A stretch of 64,000 bases of DNA from Harriotta raleighana (Eukaryota), in contig JBNZDD010013555.1 of the NCBI GenBank assembly GCA_050575255.1, forward strand, positions 1 through 64,000, in the 5' to 3' direction. A model generated the notes under the pieces. The model was not told where the DNA came from. It did not search any database and saw nothing but the letters and a program-made list of their open reading frames with translations. Shown piece after piece: positions 60,515 to 64,000 of this stretch (position 1 is its first letter; every line of letters begins with the position of its first letter). Both the position numbers and the translations under genes were made by a program.

Positions 60515-60739
60515 AAACAACAGGCTCAGAGGCAACTCAATGTCAGCGTCACAGGAGCAGTCTCTTGGGAGTCCTGCAGCCAAGAGGACACAGACCCATC
60601 CGCTACATCCCTCAATGTGATGAGAATGGGAACTATGTGCCTACCCAATGCCATCAAAGTACAAGCATCTGCTGGTGTGTGGACAAGAATGGTGAAGAGA
60701 TTCCAGGAACCAGGACTCACCCTGGAATCCGGCCCCCGT
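60515..60739 (+). CDS. NID1: NID1 exon 13 (thyroglobulin type-1 domain: TQCQRH...QCDENGNYVPTQC...CWCVDKNGEEIPGTR)
   Basis: QC..G.Y.P.QC and CWCV motifs; donor T|gtaagt. The 5' boundary is ambiguous (60515, 60524 or 60530, all in frame). Confidence 0.9.
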
Positions 60740-62237
60740 GTAAGTACCAGAAATCCTATCGACCATTAGTGACCAGGTTTGTAAATGTTAATGAAATAAA
60801 CTGGAGCAATTCATACAGGTTTAGAACTGCAGATGCATATGCATTAATTTAGGGAGATCTATCCCTCCTCCCCCCATATGTTTCCTGTTAGCCTCTTCCA
60901 AGCCAACTTTCCTTTCCTCTTGCCTGTGATATCTATCACTTGGATCTTAGAGTTTGAGCCTATAATTTCTGCCAGGAGCTTCACTACATAATCAGTATTT
61001 GGTCCACAACTAGCAACACTGTTGTTCTCCCAAAGCTGTGTATATAGTGGCCTCTTGACATCAGTTTTATCAGCCAAATGTGATGCATAAACACTGGACG
61101 AGGTGGTTTCAGGAGCAATGAGATTCATACTCATTGGTGCAAATTGCACATGACTCACTTTTCCACTGCTACATTCAAAGGCCTATTCCAGAAACCTTGA
61201 GTGCAGTAATATTAACATTAGTATATGGCGAAGTTACTTTTAAACCTTGGGAACAGCCAGAAAGACTGCCGTGATCTTTTTCCCAGTCCTGTACATTGCT
61301 CAATTTTAGCTTTCTGGGATTTTTTTCCAGCCTGATTGAAAGAGATGAGGAGCGGGTAGGCTCCACATTTCTAACATTGCTGGGAGCTTAATCACATCTA
61401 AGCAGCACATGGAAGAGTGCCTGAAAACAAAGTGCTGCCCAATGGGCTGATTTTTTTCATGGTCTGAATTCTCTTTAGATCCCGCTATGTTTACGAAAGC
61501 CAGTAGTATTTCTGAAATGTGAAGAATAGCATTTTGGAAAAAGTAGATGAGATCCATTCACAGCAGTATTGCAATTGAGATCAGATTTTTTGGAAATACT
61601 TATAAGGCAATGAATGTCACAACAGCATTTCATTTTCTGGGCTGTTTTGGCAGCATATTGAAAGCTATTTTAAGTAAGCATAATTAAATTGGCATTTCCA
61701 AACTTTCAACTTGCATGAAGAAAATTGCTTGCCACTATGCCAGTTTGACTATGTTGTAAATAAACTCGACAGAAACAACTTCTTAACACGTTTTTGTAGG
61801 TAGTGCCTTACTTGAAAATTAGAACCATTTACCAATGGTTAATTGCGAAAGTACCCATGTAATAAAAAGTTTTTTGATTTAATAGCCGACTTCCATTTGT
61901 AGCTGGATGGCACAAGCCAATAGTTAACAGCCTGTGTTCTGCTCCTGCTGTGCAAGTTCTATTTCTTCCTGACAGATGGGGAAAGACTTGGCAGCTGTGG
62001 AATGTATGAACTTTATCAGACCTCCAGGGAAAGCTCCAAAAATGTTAATGAAATAAAACTGTACTTTAAAAAAAAGTTGTTTGTGACCATCTTCACTGTC
62101 CGACAATGTCCAACCTTGAATCCCTAAAGTTCCCTATTTGGTGGTCTGTTGTGTGTAATCTGATGATTCTACCTCTATGACTTAAAACATGGAAGGAAGT
62201 TGAAACATAATTAACTGTACAAGAACCTCTACTTGGA

Positions 62238-62468
62238 CAAAACAATAACAAAATTAGATTTCTAGAGCGCCTTTCATGTTGGGAGGACGTCCCAAGGCAC
62301 TGAACAGTTAGGTCGGCACCCGAGCAGTGGGGGAAGAGTTGGCGGAGGGGCAGGGGGAAAGAGAGTAGGAAAGGGGGGAGAGTTAGGGGAGCAGAAGGCA
62401 TGGTTGAAGAGGACGGTCTTGAGGCCAGCCTTGAAGGAGGAAAGGGAGGAAGCTAGGCGAAGGGATAA
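62238..62468 (-). mobile_element. L2 3' end (type a)
   Basis: SLRLASSLSSFKAGLKTVLF and reversed tail. Confidence 0.85.
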
Positions 62469-62800
62469 CAATCGTCTTATGGCCCATTTGTATCCCGTGT
62501 TCTAACTGTGCGCAATAGAATAGATGAATACAATTTTTCTCTGGGTTAATTCAGTTTTATATTTTTGACAGTACAGTAATTGTAAATTCACTCTATGCCT
62601 TCAATGTACTGTGGTGACTTTCCTGCTGGAAAACCTCTGCGTTCCACATGAGTGACCGTTGTTATGTTTTTCCTTCATCTGAGCCTTCTTGTATTTCCAT
62701 GGAAGACACCACTGAAGTAGTTAACTTGTACTTTGTTTCAACCTCATACGATGTCGTCTTGTTCAAATGGAACATCTGGTTTCTTTGGCTGTTCTGACAG

Positions 62801-62973
62801 GTCTTGCAACAGTAGTTCCTCCTGTCGTAGTTGGGCCTACGACCAGACCAGATGTCATTCCACTCCCACCAGGCACCCATCTACTTTTTGCACAAAGTGG
62901 AAAGATTGAACACGTTCCCGTGGAAGCTGCCGGACTGAAGAAAGGGGAAGCAATGACTTTACTGCATGTTCCC
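62801..62973 (+). CDS. NID1: NID1 exon 14 (start of G3: CLATVVPP...PLPPGTHLLFAQSGKIEHVP...LLHVP)
   Basis: ctgacag acceptor, CCC|gtaagt donor (phase 0), NID1-type PLPPGTHLLFAQ. Confidence 0.95.
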
Positions 62974-63127
62974 GTAAGTAATGTTAAGCGCAAACAATTA
63001 CAAAAGTTTACATTTCGTACTGTGACTGCTGATTCCGGGATAGTTCCTTTACTAACTCCAGTAAATACCTACGGCATATCAATGCACCTATTCCTTCGCT
63101 GATCACTGAAAGATGTCACATTAAGCG

Positions 63128-63346
63128 TGTGTGCGTCCATCACACTGGTCCTTATCAGATCCACTGCCTCCACCTTGTCCCCTCCCTCTCAATTTTCAAA
63201 TCCCACTTAAAGCTTCCTTTTCGATTGTGCTCATGGTCACCTCCCCCATCCTTCTCCCCCTGGTTTGTTGTGACATTCCACCACCACAAGCTCTCCAGGA
63301 CAATACTCTGCATGGAGGGTACTATATAAATCCAAATTGTTATTAT
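63128..63346 (+). mobile_element. Decayed L2 3' end (tail duplicated across N at 63410)
   Basis: FKSHLK-like end and ggagggtactatataaatccaaattgtt. Confidence 0.6.
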
Positions 63347-64000
63347 CATAGAAGCAGCCTACAATTTAAATCCACCCCATAGATTATCTTGACTATTAAA
63401 CTTATCTTTNGATTCCACCACAAGCTCTCCAGGACAATACTCTGCATAGAGGGTACTATATAAATCCAAATTGTTATTATCATAGAAGCAGCTTACAATT
63501 TAAATCCACCCCATAGATTATCTTGACTATTAAACTTATCTTTTTAATTCTGTTTGCACCAAACTGTAGTTGTTTAAACACGTGATCCTTCAATATTTAC
63601 CCAGTTGGAAAACATCTATGAATCCACAGTCACCACAATTCACAGTATAATTAGGGCTTCTGATTTTTTATTTTGACCCAATTTTTAAAATGTTTATGTT
63701 TATCCAATAAATACCAAAAACAGTGGCTCCTGGTGTGCCAACTGTGCATGCGTTGCTCACCCCCTCTCCCTCGTCTCTGTGTACGCAGGCACGTCTGGTG
63801 AAGTGTATGTGTGAGAGGAGGGCAACACAGCACATGCGTGAACGTGCTTCTCTCCCATTCTATTTACATCAATGAAAACCCTGGGGAAAAAAACAATTTG
63901 TAAACATTCTAAAGTTCCTTTTTTTTAAAAAAAAACCCACAAAATCAAACTAACAAATCCCAAAGTCAGAAGCCCTAAGTAGAATTTGGTGAAGTGCTTT

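Larger units (their letters stand above)
17503..62973 (+). other. NID1: Nidogen-1 gene, coding exons 1-14 (3' part continues beyond the window)
   Basis: Fourteen exons with GT-AG boundaries and consistent phases join into a 2949-nt open frame. Domain order is NIDO-link-EGF-G2-4xEGF-single TY-G3. A single thyroglobulin module followed by PLPPGTHLLFAQ is the NID1 pattern (NID2 has two TY modules). Confidence 0.93.

Noticed and set aside
17503-62973. Assignment as NID2
   Set aside because: Only one thyroglobulin exon was found before G3, the link region is short, and the G3 start is NID1-type. The NID2-like G1 residues are reported as a finding.

Overview
Eukaryotic (vertebrate) genomic DNA. 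The repeat content suggests a cartilaginous fish, possibly a chimaera such as Callorhinchus; this is an inference and was not checked. The window holds the 5' part of a plus-strand nidogen-1 (NID1/entactin) gene. Fourteen GT-AG-bounded coding exons from 17503 to 62973 splice in frame to about 983 codons: signal peptide, G1/NIDO, link, EGF, G2 barrel, four EGFs, one thyroglobulin module and the start of G3. The remaining exons lie beyond the window. The upstream 16 kb and the introns are filled with a tRNA-headed, L2-tailed SINE family, older Deu-type SINEs, L2 and CR1 LINE fragments, and Tc1/pogo-like MITEs with TA target sites. There is also a Penelope-like terminal repeat carrying a minimal hammerhead-ribozyme motif. 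The most notable observations are that hammerhead motif (plus a second decayed copy), a perfect 32-bp palindrome in intron 8, an inverted MITE pair tightly bracketing exons 5-7, a multi-level nested insertion, and an RGD that is absent from EGF2 but present in G1. I found no clearly new multi-gene system. Repeat boundaries are approximate, and family names come from recalled consensus motifs rather than a database search.
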